Shown here: one piece after another, positions 49,894 to 63,100 of the stretch
How positions within the stretch are numbered: position 1 is the stretch's first letter
How the letters are laid out: each line of letters begins with the position of its first letter
NCBI GenBank assembly: GCA_032718475.1
Contig: JAUCBJ010001654.1
Span: 32,241 to 96,240, forward strand
Direction: 5' to 3'
Length of the DNA: 64,000 nucleotides
From: Nemertoderma westbladi
Taxonomy: Eukaryota; Animalia; Xenacoelomorpha
Program-made: the position numbers and the translations under genes
Notes under the pieces: model-generated
What the model was told of the DNA's origin: nothing
Database searches by the model: none
Seen by the model: only the letters and a program-made list of their open reading frames with translations

Positions 49894-51744
49894 CCCTTTC
49901 CGGCCTGAATTAATTTAATTTAGGAAAAAAAATTGGTTGGTCTTGTTAATGGGTTAATTATACACCAAATAATAATTTTCGATGAAAAAATTTTCAAAAA
50001 ATTATTTCCAATGTTGTTTTTTTTATTGTATACAAAAGTATACGTTAGGTATATTAAACATGTTCCCAATGTATACTTTTGTATACGAACTCTAGATTGT
50101 AAGTACTTACATACATAAATCGTATAGTAAGTATATTCTCTCTCTCTCTATATATATATATAGAATAAACAAAGCACGCAACGAGCAGGCAATTTTAATT
50201 ATAAAATTTAAATTATGTTTTTTGGTAATAAAAAGCTGTCAATACTGTGAAATTTGCCAAAATGCCAAAATTTTATAATTTTGTGTGTTTTCACAACACA
50301 CGTTGTTTAAAAGCAACACAGTGCGACAAAAAACTTAAAATGAAGAATTATACAGTGAATGTTTTTTTCTGTCAGTTTTGTTCAAGTTTGAAAAAAACAG
50401 TATTGACTGACTTTTTTCAATTGTTTGTATGTCTATCTGCCCTGCCTGTATACTGTGGGTGTACAACATCTACTCCCCAACGGTGGCTGCACCACATCTA
50501 CTCCCCAATGGTTGCTGAATCACATCTACTCCCAAGGCCCAATGGTAAACATCTACTCCATATGGTGGCTACACCACATCTACTCCCCAATGGTCAACAT
50601 TTACTCCATTGGTCGCTACACCACATCTACTCATCAATGGTCAGCATCTACTCCACGATGGTGGCTGCACCACATCTACTCATCAATGGTCAGCATCTAC
50701 TCCCCAATGGTGGCTGCACCACATCTACTTATCAATGGTGGGTGCGCCAGATTTACTCCCCAATGGTGACTGCGACACATCTACTCCCCATTAGTGGCTG
50801 CATCACATCTACTCCCAAGGCCCAATGGTGACTGCGCCACATCTACTCCCACATAGTGGCTGCATCACATCTACTCCCTAATGGTGGGTGTGCTAGATTT
50901 ACTCCCCAATGGTGACTGCGCCACATCTACCCCCCATTGTGGCTGCATTACATCTACTCCCAAGGCCCAATAGTGACTGCGCCACATCTACTCCCCAATA
51001 GTGGCTGCATCACTTCTACTCCCAAGGTCAAATGGTCAACATCTACTCCCCTATGGTTCTACGCCACATCTACTTCACAATGGTGACTGCACCACATCTA
51101 TCCACAATGGTGACTGCATCACCTCTACTACCCTATGGTCAACATCTACACCCCATGGTGGCTGCGCCACATCTACACCCCAATGGTCAACATCGACTCC
51201 CCTCTGGTGGCTGCACCACATCTAGGCCTACACCCCAATGGTGGATGCACCACATCACCCAAACGGTGGCTGAATCATATCTACTCCCCAACTGTGCTGC
51301 ACCACATCTACTCCACAACTGTGGCTGCACCACTTCTACTCCCCAACTTTATAAACCTAACGTAGACAAATGTATACAGTGATTTATCAATAACACTACC
51401 AGCCTACATGTACTGTAAAGTTTATCCTGGAAATATTATTATCTCATTGGACAATCCATCTTTGGAATACCCAATCAAAATTCTCAATATCGCTTTGCCA
51501 AAGCGTTTAAATAACCATCTTTCCTATACCAGGTAGTCATCATGTCAATACCTGAAAACACGGCATCTAAAATCGTTCATTGAAGCCTTCTACTACAATT
51601 ATCCAATCAGAATCGGTAATTTCTAAATAAAGGAAGTGTGATAGTGCCTCAATTGGATGAAACCAACTATAATTAGTTAAAATTATGCAATTCGTAGTGA
51701 AATAAATTGAGTGTATACAAAAATATACAGTCGGCCGGAAAGGG
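49894..51744. mobile_element. piggyBac-family MITE nested in the solo LTR
   Basis: TTAA-ccctttccggcc ... ggccggaaaggg-TTAA (TSDs 49890-49893 and 51745-51748). Confidence 0.9.
50466..51350. repeat. Degenerate ~20-30-bp minisatellite (cacatctactccccaatggtggctgcac) inside the piggyBac MITE
   Basis: Dozens of degenerate catctactcccc units. Confidence 0.85.
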
Positions 51745-53351
51745 TTAATACTGTTTTATATTGTGTTAATTGATGTTTATATTAATGGATGTTATATTTG
51801 GAGAATACTGATAAATAATCGTAAACCCCTCAACTTTCTAAATTACTGAGCTAAGCAGAAGGGTGTACCAGTAGCAATTGCGACTCAATTTATAGTGGTT
51901 TTTGTGTGAAATAAATGCTATTTCATAATCCCTACGTATGTCAGTTGCAATCTTCCTTATATATGATCAAATTCAGTGACAGTCGGCAAATCAGTGTGCA
52001 TTAGTGTGAATTAGTGTGAAGTCGTGTGAAGGTTAATAAAGCATTCCTAAAGAATGCGCCATTTGCGATACCTTATAGCCTCTAGTTGTGATTAGTGTAA
52101 GTCATTACTCTGTTTGATACTTAAAGCGCCACGTCCCAAAGGAACTGTTAATATTTCCCCGAAAGTAAATATAGTTGTTGGAGATTATATAGTAGCGATC
52201 AATCGAATAATACAAAGTAGCCTACTGCAATAACTTTCTCTAGAACCGAATCAAGTCTCCCACACTGTGGGTCATACACCGCGCATAGACTGGTTTCAAC
52301 TGATGTCAATTAGCAAGGGCAATAATCGATTCAAGGAGACACTTAAATTAGCAGGTTAAACTGTTAAAGGTCTAAAAGCGCGAACATTCACTGTGTCAAG
52401 TACAATGCACACATCTCCAACCAGACACTATACAGTATAACATTGGAGGTGTCTCATAGGTTCCCACAAGCTTGACACTATAACAAAGCCGCCTCCGCTT
52501 TGCTGGATATTATTTTCGCCGTGAGGACCAGCCTGTGCACAATCTTGTGCTTTAGCAGCCCCATGGTGAAAATAAGCATGGTGCACAGCACAGACCATGA
52601 CTTTCTTGAGACGACTCCTAAAGGACACTGACCTTGAAGATGTTGATATTCCTGCGAAAGTCATGTGGGATAGGTACTAGGGAGTTGTGGCGGTTCAACC
52701 TGTTGATAAGCCGGCATAGCATTCTTAATGCACGCTGCATTGGGTTTGCTAAATTCGATTGCAGGGTGGTGGCGAAATGTTTTTGCTATGCTTGCATAGC
52801 ATCTCAATGTGCAGTTTCAATGCAGCAGGCCGATTATAATAGTTCGTAGTATCATTAACATAAGGGTGTCTACAGTTAGACAGTACCCCTAGGTAAGTGT
52901 AGCCCTTATACTTTCTTACCTGTATTTATAATAATAAATATAATGTTTCGATTGGAGAAAATCTTTATATAACATAAAAAAATTAATATATTAATATTTC
53001 AAAGCAATCACACATTGCTCGAATCAATCGCGTATTGGGTTACCATTTCAGCATTTAATTCGAGACCACAACAAACATGCTTTAGAAGGCCTGTCAGCCT
53101 GTCAGCCGAGTTAAGATGCTTCATCGTCCATTTGTCTCATGCCACGTCTCTTTGTCTATTAATTGTCTACCTACAGTTGTAATTAAGATCACCCTGACCA
53201 TTGTATAAGTTGCAGTAAGCTACATTATGTACCGGTAGTTGTACCGGTGACAGTGGGAGTGTACGTACAGTAATAAGATAATAGGCCTACTGCTGTACTG
53301 TACTGTAGTATGTTTAAAGCGAAAGTAATTGGTCTACAGCAAGGACTGCTA

Positions 53352-55924
53352 TACTACAGGACTGGCACACTGAATATCCAGACCCCGCTAGCGGGGTCCA
53401 TTAGTTGCAGAATTCCAGTACTGCTGTCTGGCTGTACAACTGTGTAATCAACCCAATTACTTACCGGTATGTACTTTATTAAATCAGTGGATTTATATTT
53501 ATGTATTATTATTTAGTAATGTTTAAAAAGGTTTAACATAACTACAGGCTGACAGGCTGCAGCTTAGTACCGGTAGCTACAGTAGTTTTAACACACATCA
53601 CAGTAATATCAGATTATTCGGGTTATAAACTGGAATGGGGAAACACTGTTGTGTGTATGGATGCGATGACAACTACGAGGGAAGAACTGTACGAACTTTC
53701 AAGCTCCCATTCGGCGTGGAACGTCAGCAATGGATTGCTACTCTTCCAAAGCGGTCTGCTCCTGATGGATCGCCCATAAAGTATAGCGCCGATGCTGTTA
53801 TTTGTATCCGACATTGGCCAGGATTCCCGCAGGATATCCCTCATCGGAAGGTTCCCGGAGGAGCGTTGCGGCCGACTATCCTGCCATTCTTCTTTCCTGG
53901 GGTTCCAGCATCCTGTGTTCCTCCGCCACCAGGGAAGTTACGAGCGGAGCCACCGATCGAAGAGCGACAGGTTCAATCGCTAAACCGCCGGGAATTGGCG
54001 GGTTCGATATCTTCCGTGGCGATGTCGAAACGTGGATTCGCAACGATGTTCATGTTGAATCCGTCGATATATTTGTTAAGATAACTGCTGATTTCATTAT
54101 GCTGTATGTTTTTGTCAGCGATTCCTACGCTGGCAAAATATGTATTGAAACGAGGCAGCTTCTCTGCAGTGATATCTATGTTACTGCGTTTAATCCTACT
54201 AACAAACGTATATCGCTTAACTATTGCCTCGCTCCTAATGCGCAGCTCATTCGCTGGTCCCAGCTGTTGGAAGTTATTGTCACAGTTAAACGAAGCGTGG
54301 TAGGAACGACCGAGAACTTGCTGCTGAAAGCCCGAGAGTTGATTGATGACGCTATCGCCTCCAGTTCTGATTATAAATACAAAACCCAGCTGGAGTTTAT
54401 ATCCCATCAGTTGCAGCTGCATTGTAGCGGTTCAAAGTGTTACTCACAGTCGGATTATCTACTGGCTGTTCAGGGCTACCCGCGTCTGCCATATAGTATA
54501 CTGCGGCAGATTGCTATTCTTCCATGCGAAAAGAAGATAAGATCGCTAAAACAGGGAGTCACCAGTGATTTGCTCATAGAAATGGCCATTCGTAAAGCAA
54601 AGAACAGCTTACCAGCTGGTACGCCTGCTGCCGAATCCCCAAAGGCGATTCTTATAACAGACGAAGTAAAGGTGGTTCCCAAACTATTGTATCAAGGACA
54701 TGGAGTGTTTGGCTATGCTAAGGATGACCCATCGGAGTTGGCCAACTCAGTCCTCTGCTTGATGGTTAAGATTTTATACGGGGGACCTTCAGTGATGGTG
54801 CAGATGATTCCAGTTCATTCCATGACAGCCCTATTTGCCCATACGTGTATCAAGGAAGCAATTACCTCTTTCCACAAACATGGCGGCTATCTAGGGGTGG
54901 ATTACAGCTGCCATCACATGAGTTGGTTTGGTGGGTAATGGTGTCAGCGACATGGGTAGATTCGGTACCTGATGGAACCATACTATGCTACCGTCAATTA
55001 GCGCAGGTGGTCAAAACCATCGCTGTACAGTACGATATAATACCAGCACCCCCCGCAGTTGCATGTACCACCCTTGCGAACACACTGTTAAACGGAATGC
55101 AGAAACGCTCCAGCATGATGTGCTCTGAAAAGCGATCTTCCGAAGGTCACGGAACCAACAGGAAATTTCTCCGCATTGCCGGTCTGGATAAAGGACATTA
55201 ATCTTCTGTAGTGAAGATTGACTATTCGACTATCTATTAATTTAATTGTAATTAATTTTGATAATACAATATGCCTTCAGACATATGTCACATACTGTAA
55301 TACAACTCAACCCAAATGCCCCTTTTAAGGGCCAATTGCTGTTGTTATTTTGAATCGAGTGTGTCTACCTACACTGCCGGCAATTTATACATATGAAAAC
55401 CATTGCAGATTGAAATAGCAGCTGCTGGAAATAAATAAATTTTCTAATCGTTATTTAATATTCATTTTGCGTGTTAAAATTTATAATCTTAAATTGCAGA
55501 TCACAAGAATGTCAACATTATGAAATCTGTACAGTAAAGCTTCAACCACTACGTGGCTCGCCCCACTAAGATGTTTAATTAATGTATTAGGCTGGGCTGG
55601 TGGCGAGAGTAGTGGGCGGTGCCGGTGGTGTCTGAATTTATTATGCATAGTACACGAGCACGATTACTACCATACAGTATTATTGTATATGGACTATCAC
55701 TGGCTTAGCAATAATTATATCAGCCTCAAACGTTAAAGCAGGCAGCGAGGCAGGTTTGAGGTAGCTAGGTTCGTCATAAACACATAAGAAGAATAAATAA
55801 CAATTTATCTGTGAGAGAAAATTGAAAATTTAACAAATTTGCATCTATTTCGGAGCCATATTAGAAGGGAACTAATGGACCCCGCTAGCGGGGTCTGGAT
55901 ATTCAGTGTGCCAGTCCTGTAGTG
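53352..55924 (+). mobile_element. P-superfamily (THAP) DNA transposon, internally deleted
   Basis: Perfect 54-bp TIRs (53353-53406 / 55870-55923) containing the 18-bp palindrome gaccccgctagcggggtc; they enclose a THAP/P-transposase remnant. Confidence 0.88.
53635..55201 (+). pseudogene. THAP-domain P-element transposase, frameshifted and core-deleted
   Basis: THAP C2CH finger MGKHCCVYGC...FKLP...RQQW...ICIRHW; frameshift near 53980-54000; P-transposase block LITDEVKV...FGYA...LANSVLCLMV; a jump near 54886 directly to the C-terminal SRGGLQLPS motif in another frame. Confidence 0.85.
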
Positions 55925-57156
55925 TAAAAGCTTTTGCGTAATTAGCCGGTTATTGTCCCCGTAAAGTACTCTGTGGTTGGTTTACCAGGCATAAGGGGGC
56001 CGTGTCCTTGCTGTACTGGTGTTTTGGAGGACATAAAAGCCATTTCTTCTGTATTTGTACTTTAGAGGACATAATCTGCAATTTCATGACGTAAAAAGCT
56101 CGATACTCTTGAAAACAGTGTCGCTACCATGACGACGGCTAACGGCTGATATTGCCACGTTGCAACTTTCTGTATCTGCCAATAGGATTTGAGTTAGTTT
56201 TGATTTCGACCTATCACAGATCTACTGAACTGAATTTCCTATCTTTATGCTCATTCTCTGTGGTGGGTGGAAGCCTTTGTAAATAAGGTTATTCTTATCA
56301 GTGTTCAGTGTTATGTTTTTGCCCAGAGCCTAAGAACCGGCTTTTGGCACCTCCGTGTTTCAGTCTTTAGTCTTACATTAGTAGGCTCAATTATAGAACG
56401 TATATCTGTTATCTTATCTTATCTTATCTTAACTTAACTACACACGAGTTACACAAGTTAACTCATTCACTTAATAATCATTTATACATTAATATTACTG
56501 CTTTTACTGTCGGTTATTCATTATATTGGTTGATGAAATATTATATCGGAATACTGATTAATAGTCAGACACCCCACCTTCTTGATATACTAAAGGTTAG
56601 AGAGACCGGTTACAGATAAACGATTGCGACCTATGTTGAGTGGTTTGAAGTGAATCTAATGCTATTTCATATGCCCAACATAAATTGTCTGTTGCTTTCT
56701 TTATACGTGACCAAATTTAGTGAAGGTCGGCAGATTAGTGTGCAGTATTGTGCAGCATTGTGTATGAGTGTAACTGATAACAAAACATCTCCTAAAGAAT
56801 GTGCCATATACGTGAATCTATAGCCTTTTCGTTGTGACTAGTTTAAGTCATAACTCTGTTTATATATTTAGAGCGCCACGTCCTAAAGGAACTGTTAATA
56901 TTTCCCGAAAGTGAATAATATTTGTCAGAGATTATATATTACGATCAGTCGAATAATACAGTAGGCTTACACCATCAATCATTAAGCCCCGAACTCAGTC
57001 TCCCGGGTATATCCAACGGGTGAATGATTGCGCATAGACTGGCTTCGGCTAATGTAGTGTATCAAATACTCGTCATAGGCTAAAGACTATCTATCATCCA
57101 AAAGACATTCTAATTTTGGCAGGTTAAACTGTCAAAGGTCTTTAAAAGCGCAAACA
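55923..57156 (+). mobile_element. 5' LTR of BEL/Pao provirus
   Basis: TGTAAAAGCTTTTGCG...AAAAGCGCAAACA; termini and 3' half are shared with the TSD-defined solo LTR at 49467-52386; lies upstream of the gag-pro ORF. Confidence 0.8.
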
Positions 57157-57443
57157 ATAACAGATATTGCTTCTGGATTGCGGTGTAAGCAATCTAGTCG
57201 AAAGTACCGGTCGATCGGTAACCAGTAGGCCTGACTGCCTGATCATCCGGACCGGTACCTACAGCAGTATAGGTACAGCAGTATTATTCGATTTTGATAA
57301 TTATATACCGGTAGGCCTTAATAATTAATCAGGGACTGCAGCCCTGGTTTTTTATTGAGATTTTACTTATTTCTGTCAAGTTTTATTTGTTTGTAGGCCA
57401 GTATTGAACAGAAGACGTGTAAGCCTGATCAGATTGTACAGAC

Positions 57444-58815
57444 AATTTGTAGGCTGAGCTGTTGTCTGATTGCTGTTAAGTCTGAACGGATTGCAGTGTG
57501 TGTAGATCACCTGTCCGATAAAGAACGGTTAGGAAGTAGGGGCAGCGAATGCTGTAAGGTAAACCCCCAATTAAAGAATAAGTCGTACTACTGGGTTAGA
57601 ACGCATACTACCTAATTATTTCGGAGTCTGCATGTCCTGTAGTTTATTTAGGCTTGAGAGTAGTCTGCCATCGTTTAGTCTGTACTTTGTTTGTGTAAGT
57701 CTGTACGGGTAGCGTATAATTTTATTTAGATAATTTGTAGGCTGGATAGTTGTCTGGCTGTTATTGGGTCTGAACGGATTGCAGCGTGTGTAGATCACTT
57801 GTCCGATAAAGAACGGTTAGGAAGTAGGGGCAGCGAATGCTGTAAGGTAAACCCCCAACTAAAGAATAAGTCGTACTACTGGGTTAGAACGCATACTAGG
57901 GGCCGTCCAAGTATGACGTCTGCACTTTTCCCCAAAATGTTGACCCCCTCCCTCCCCTAAATCAGATGTCATCAGATAGGCGTTGACCCCCCCCCCCCTA
58001 AATCAGATTAAAAAAAAAATTTTGTAATAAACTATTATATTATGAAGATTATTTATAATCACTTGTCGAATCACGAATTAAATTAGTTAAAGTGTATGCC
58101 AAGAAAGAATAAATTATCAAATATTGCGAAAGAATAATAAAACATTTCAGCAGGATAAAGGAGGTAGGCCTATTATATTGCATTGGAGGGGGCGGGCACG
58201 GGGGCTGGCTGTAGTTACATAGCTTATCTACTGTATATAGGAAGGTATAGAGTTTTAGTAGGATAGCCTGATACCCGATGGGGGCTTGTACCTCCTGATG
58301 CGACAGTAGTTTATGAATGATAATAAACAAACATAAGCTAATAATAGGCTTATATGAACCGGTAGAGGTACCGGTACTGCAATCTCTAGCAATCATTAGC
58401 TTAGGATTAATGTTTCATTTTCAGGCGAACCCCAGTACCGCAGTAGAACGCGTCCTAATCACTGAAACATGGTGACTGGTAACTGAAACAGAAGGTTGTG
58501 CTACGGGTCTTCGGGGGCTTCGAACAATTAAAATAGGCAAGCTCTTTACTCTTCTGCTGTATCTCTTCTAGCACCTATAAATTGAACATGCTGACGTCAG
58601 ATTTTGGCTGACCCCCTCCCCTCCCCTCATCAGCACGTCATCAGATTTTCCCAACCCCCCTCCCCCCCCTAAAGTGCTGACGTCATACTTGGACGGCCCC
58701 CTACCTAATTATTTCGGAGTCTGCATATACCGTAGTTTGTTTAGGCTTGATAGTAGTCTGTCAGTGTTCGGTCTGCATTTTGTTTGAGTAGTTTGTACGC
58801 GTAGCGTAATATTTA
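57444..58815. repeat. ~288-bp tandem duplication in the retrotransposon leader
   Basis: 57444-57725 is repeated from 57732; the second copy is interrupted by the Harbinger MITE. Confidence 0.85.
57899..58700. mobile_element. PIF/Harbinger-type MITE
   Basis: 30-bp TIR ggggccgtccaagtatgacgtc(t/a)gcacttt with 3-bp TSD CTA; the empty site gcatactacctaatt is visible in the first duplicate (~57603-57617). Confidence 0.9.
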
Positions 58816-60128
58816 TTATTCAGAGTTTATGCGATTATTCGCAACATTCATTCCCCAAGTTTGTTCCTATAGTAATTGTGTTTGTTATACATACCGCTAT
58901 AGTTAAATTAACCCCGGTACTACACGGGCTGCTTGGCGTAGGTAAAGACTGGTGATTTTGTGCACCGGTCACTCCAGCAGATGCCGTGGTTCTTTTAACT
59001 GTTCAAGTATATTTAACTACTGATTATCTGTTGTACAAGTACTCGTACCTAATTTAGGGTTTAGTGTACAGTGCTTTCCGAAAGTAATTAGTGTAGACAT
59101 TATATTTGTGTTGTAAAGTGGTTGATAGGCACGTTCGATTAGCTCTATTAACTTCTAGGTAGGAACACTCCGTGATACATAACGTAGTACCTATAGCGAT
59201 ACGGCTATAGGTCGTCAGGCGGTGGTATTTTCCTATCTGGACAGCGCAGTGTATTTACTACTACTTATTATTTTCAAATACCGTAGTAACCTGTCCGTTG
59301 TAATAACCAGATTCTAACCCTTTGTTAGACTGGTTTATAGACTTCTTGTAAAATTACCCTGAAATTTCGTATTTTGTGTTTTTTGTAAATTTTTGCGTTT
59401 ATTTAGAGATTGTAATCTCACCCGAATCGTACGTAATTTGTAGTATTAAGTAACTTAGGTAAATTAGAATTATTTGTTTTAGTATCCTATAAGTAACACT
59501 TCACTGAAAGCGCACCGCTTTGTGTAGTGATTACTTCCCAGAAATAATAACATTTATTTCAAACATTGACAAAACCCATTAAAACGGGTATATATATATT
59601 ATAAATCAAATCTAACGATTTATAAATAGTAGGCCTACCACACAACCATTAGGTCTCAATATCAGTTGGACTACTGCTCAAATAGCGGTAATAAAGTAAG
59701 TAAAGTAACCAAGTAACCCTAAAGTTCAGAAATTCAATTATTTAAAATAATTGATATACCGGTATTTACGATAGGCCTATTATCTTTATTTCTATAAATT
59801 TCGGCTGAAATTATACCGGTACTTGTAATTAATTCTAGTCCAGAATTATATATACTACAAATTGTAAGCTGTATACCGGTATTCCCGATAGGCCTATTAT
59901 ATATTTATATATATTTGTGCTAAAATTATACCAGTATTCTGAGATAAACCTAGTCTGTAATAATACTTATATATACTATAAGCATACCGGTATTTTAATA
60001 TATTATATATATCACGCTACACTGAGTAGCAGTATCGGTAATTAATTACTAGGCTAGCAGTTAATACTGAATTACTAGACTTGCTTAGACTGTAATATAG
60101 CAGTAGGCATTCAACTGTACATACAAAC

Positions 60129-63100
60129 ATGTCTGATACTAAGCAGAACCTGTCAGACAGTTTATTAGATGTAACTATCTGCGACTCAGATAGAGATATA
60201 GAACCGTCTAGTCGTAAGTTCAGTTCACCTCCCACTGTGAGGAAGGTCATCCCTCCAGTAGTAATAACAGAACCTAGGCTGGTCCAACATCGTAGGTCTA
60301 TCATAGGCACTCGAGCTCAGGTCAAGCGGGACCAAGAAGCAGCAGAACAGCAACAACCCGCGAGCCAAGAACTTACTTCTCAACGGCCCAACAGCTCCAG
60401 TAGTGAGGATACTGTAGAGCTGACACCCGAACGCGGAGCAAGGATGACGGATGCGGCTTATTCAGATCCCCTTCTCATCCTTCCTGCAGCCGTACTCACT
60501 AGATTATTGATCGCGGTGGAAGAACACCAGATCGATTGGGCGAGAAGTAAGCGAGCCACTAAAGATAGCTATGAGGGATACACAAGGGAAGAGCTGAAGT
60601 CTATGGTCGAGTCACAATGGAACTTCCCCGGACCCGGACTCCCATTTGATTTATCAGAAGCTGCCTGGGAAGACATACACCGGATGGGAGTAGCCAAGGA
60701 AACCATCGATCCAGCTGTGTGGAAGAGGTCCGCAGCCGGATACGCACAGGGATTCTTCAGCTCTATGGAGCGAGTAGAAAAACAACTGTTTCAACAACCT
60801 AAAGGGCCTCAAGAGCAAGGACAACTGCTTTATCAAGTTAGAGAAAGAATTCTGCGAATCAGGCTAATATTATCAGCCTTTGAAGAGGCTTCTAAAAGAA
60901 GACAAGACACATCGTTGCAAGTTGCCGTAAAGACTTGGTTTCAACGGGTGAGTCGCCAGGTTCAAGGAACAGCTCAGTGGAAAGCTCAGCTGGAGGAGCG
61001 CTCAACCCATGGAGAATCAACAGACGCTACTTTTTCCCAAGTGGAAGGTGAAGCGACGGCAGAAAAACCGCATAAGAGGGATGCCATTGACATCTATCTG
61101 TCAGACTATCAGCGTTTCGTAGGTGATGAAGAGTTGCGGAGAAGACTAGAGGGGCTTAGCCCTAATAGTGAAGGAGCCCAGCGTGTGTTGGATGCAATTG
61201 ATGTGGATAGGTTAGCGGCGAACCAAGCTAAATTCGATGAACAACTCCGCATCGCTAGAGACCAAGAAGAACAAGTAAAGAAAAAACGTATAGAAGATAG
61301 AAAGACAGCGGCAGTGGCAGCAGCAGTGGCAGCGGCAGAAGCCGAAAGAAAAGCGGCAGTGGCAGTGGCAGTGGCAGAGGCCGAAGCGGAAAGAAAGGCG
61401 GCACTGGCAACAGCAGAGGCAGTGGTAGAAGCAGAACGGAGGGCATCTGAAGAGGCAACCCAACTAGAGTTGGAAATTCTTCAAGAGAGGCAAGACAACT
61501 TCAATAAACAGTTAACAGCTAGTAATATGCAGATGATGAGTCGATCTACGCCCAAAAGACAGGGGTATACATCATCTGAGGAAGGCGATACTACCGATCC
61601 TGAAGGCGGAGGAAATCGATCTCGCCTAAGCAGACGTAAAAGAACATTCCACCGTCAGAAATTGCCTGATTTGCCTCCAGCTGTTAGAAGGCAACTAAAT
61701 AACACCAACTTAGCGAGTACAGAACCCACAGACCAAATAATTACAATAGAGAGACTCCCTACTATAGTAGATGAGCCTGAAATAATTAGGCCTGTTCCTG
61801 AAGCTACCCTTTTGGTCGTAGACACACCTGTACTCCCTGAACCTACCTCTCAATTCCCGTTGCACAGCACTAAGCTACCTGTGCCCAGCAGAACAGCCCC
61901 TGAGACAGTTCATGCTCTGGACTCCGAGCGAAATATTCATGATTTGTCGCCCGTTGTCCCTCGTCCGCCCGCTACAACGTTGGCGGATCCCGTTTCGGCG
62001 GTTGATTGGGTGGACGAGAGACGGCGGGGGATGGACATTCTCCTCGGAAAGATGGAGGAGAATCAAATGCGCTCCTCCCAACAGGTCCGAGAGTTAGAAG
62101 GGACTGTTCAACAGTTAAAGGGAACCGTAAAGGAAAGTAGGTTAGAGTTGCAGGAAGTGCAGCAAAATATCGCGCTAGAACGTGATAAATTAGTAAATTT
62201 ACAAAAGGGTATACCACCACCCCTTGTAACAATGTGTCAACCTGTTAGGTCTGAAGTATCTCATGCGCAAGGTGTGGAGCCTACACGCATCTATACTGCT
62301 AGCGAAGTAGAAACTCCTATAGTGAACCCTATTAAGGGTAATTATAGACCTGTTGATAATGATATTCCCTATAGACCGGATCATAATCTGAGAAATTTAT
62401 ATACCGATAACTCGATATTAAATAACACGATGGCCCAAGAAAGTTTTACGCGTCAAATGGCTAGAACCGAAGCCCGGCAAGCGGTAAAGGTGGGAGAGAT
62501 CGTCAAGTTCAATGGAGATGAGATGAAATGGTTACCTTTTAATGAATATTACAAAGATAACATACAGAACTCTGTCCTATCTAATGGAGAGAAACTTAGA
62601 TTCCTCATCGAGTGCTTGGAAGGATCTCCCAAGTTAATGGCGTTAAAGTTTATTGGACATCCAGACGGATTAAGACAAGTTTGGGACACACTAAACATCA
62701 GGTATGGTAATAGGAATAATATCGCTAAGTATCTATATGCAAAATTAGTAGCGCCCAGAAAGTTCATCAGCAGTGGGATAATAGAGTTTTCCGATGAGAT
62801 TCAAGAGATCTGTAGACAATTAGATTGGTTAGGTAAGTCTCATGAATACCAAAGTTCTATGGTCATTGGAGCTGTGGCTTCTACTTTACCGAAAGGTGGG
62901 GTAGGCACATGCTGGGATAAGAAAGTACTATATATGATGGAACAACAACGACGAGACCCTACCATGGCTGATCTCATGTCATTCCTGGAGGGAGAAGTGA
63001 AATTGCAACTCCTCAAACAATCCAGAGAGAAGACACCGGAAAACAAGGTAAGTGAAAAACCCCTTTCCAGGAGAAAAGTAACACCAGTGTGTTATACAGA

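Larger units (their letters stand above)
49467..52386 (+). mobile_element. BEL/Pao-type solo LTR (~1.07 kb plus nested MITE)
   Basis: TGTAAAAGCTTTTGCG...AAAAGCGCGAACA (TG..CA), perfect 5-bp TSD ttcac (49462-49466, 52387-52391); the 3' part aligns with the LTR at 55923-57156. Confidence 0.85.

Noticed and set aside
50247-51382. His/Trp-rich ORFs (HHIYSPMV repeats)
   Set aside because: Translations of the minisatellite inside a piggyBac MITE.
53352-55924. CACTA/EnSpm assignment from the CACTAC terminus
   Set aside because: The enclosed protein is THAP plus P-type transposase and no 2-3-bp TSD is evident.
49467-57156. Two LTRs read as one composite element capturing the THAP transposase
   Set aside because: The first LTR has its own 5-bp TSD (solo LTR), the LTRs are diverged, and gag lies downstream of the second.
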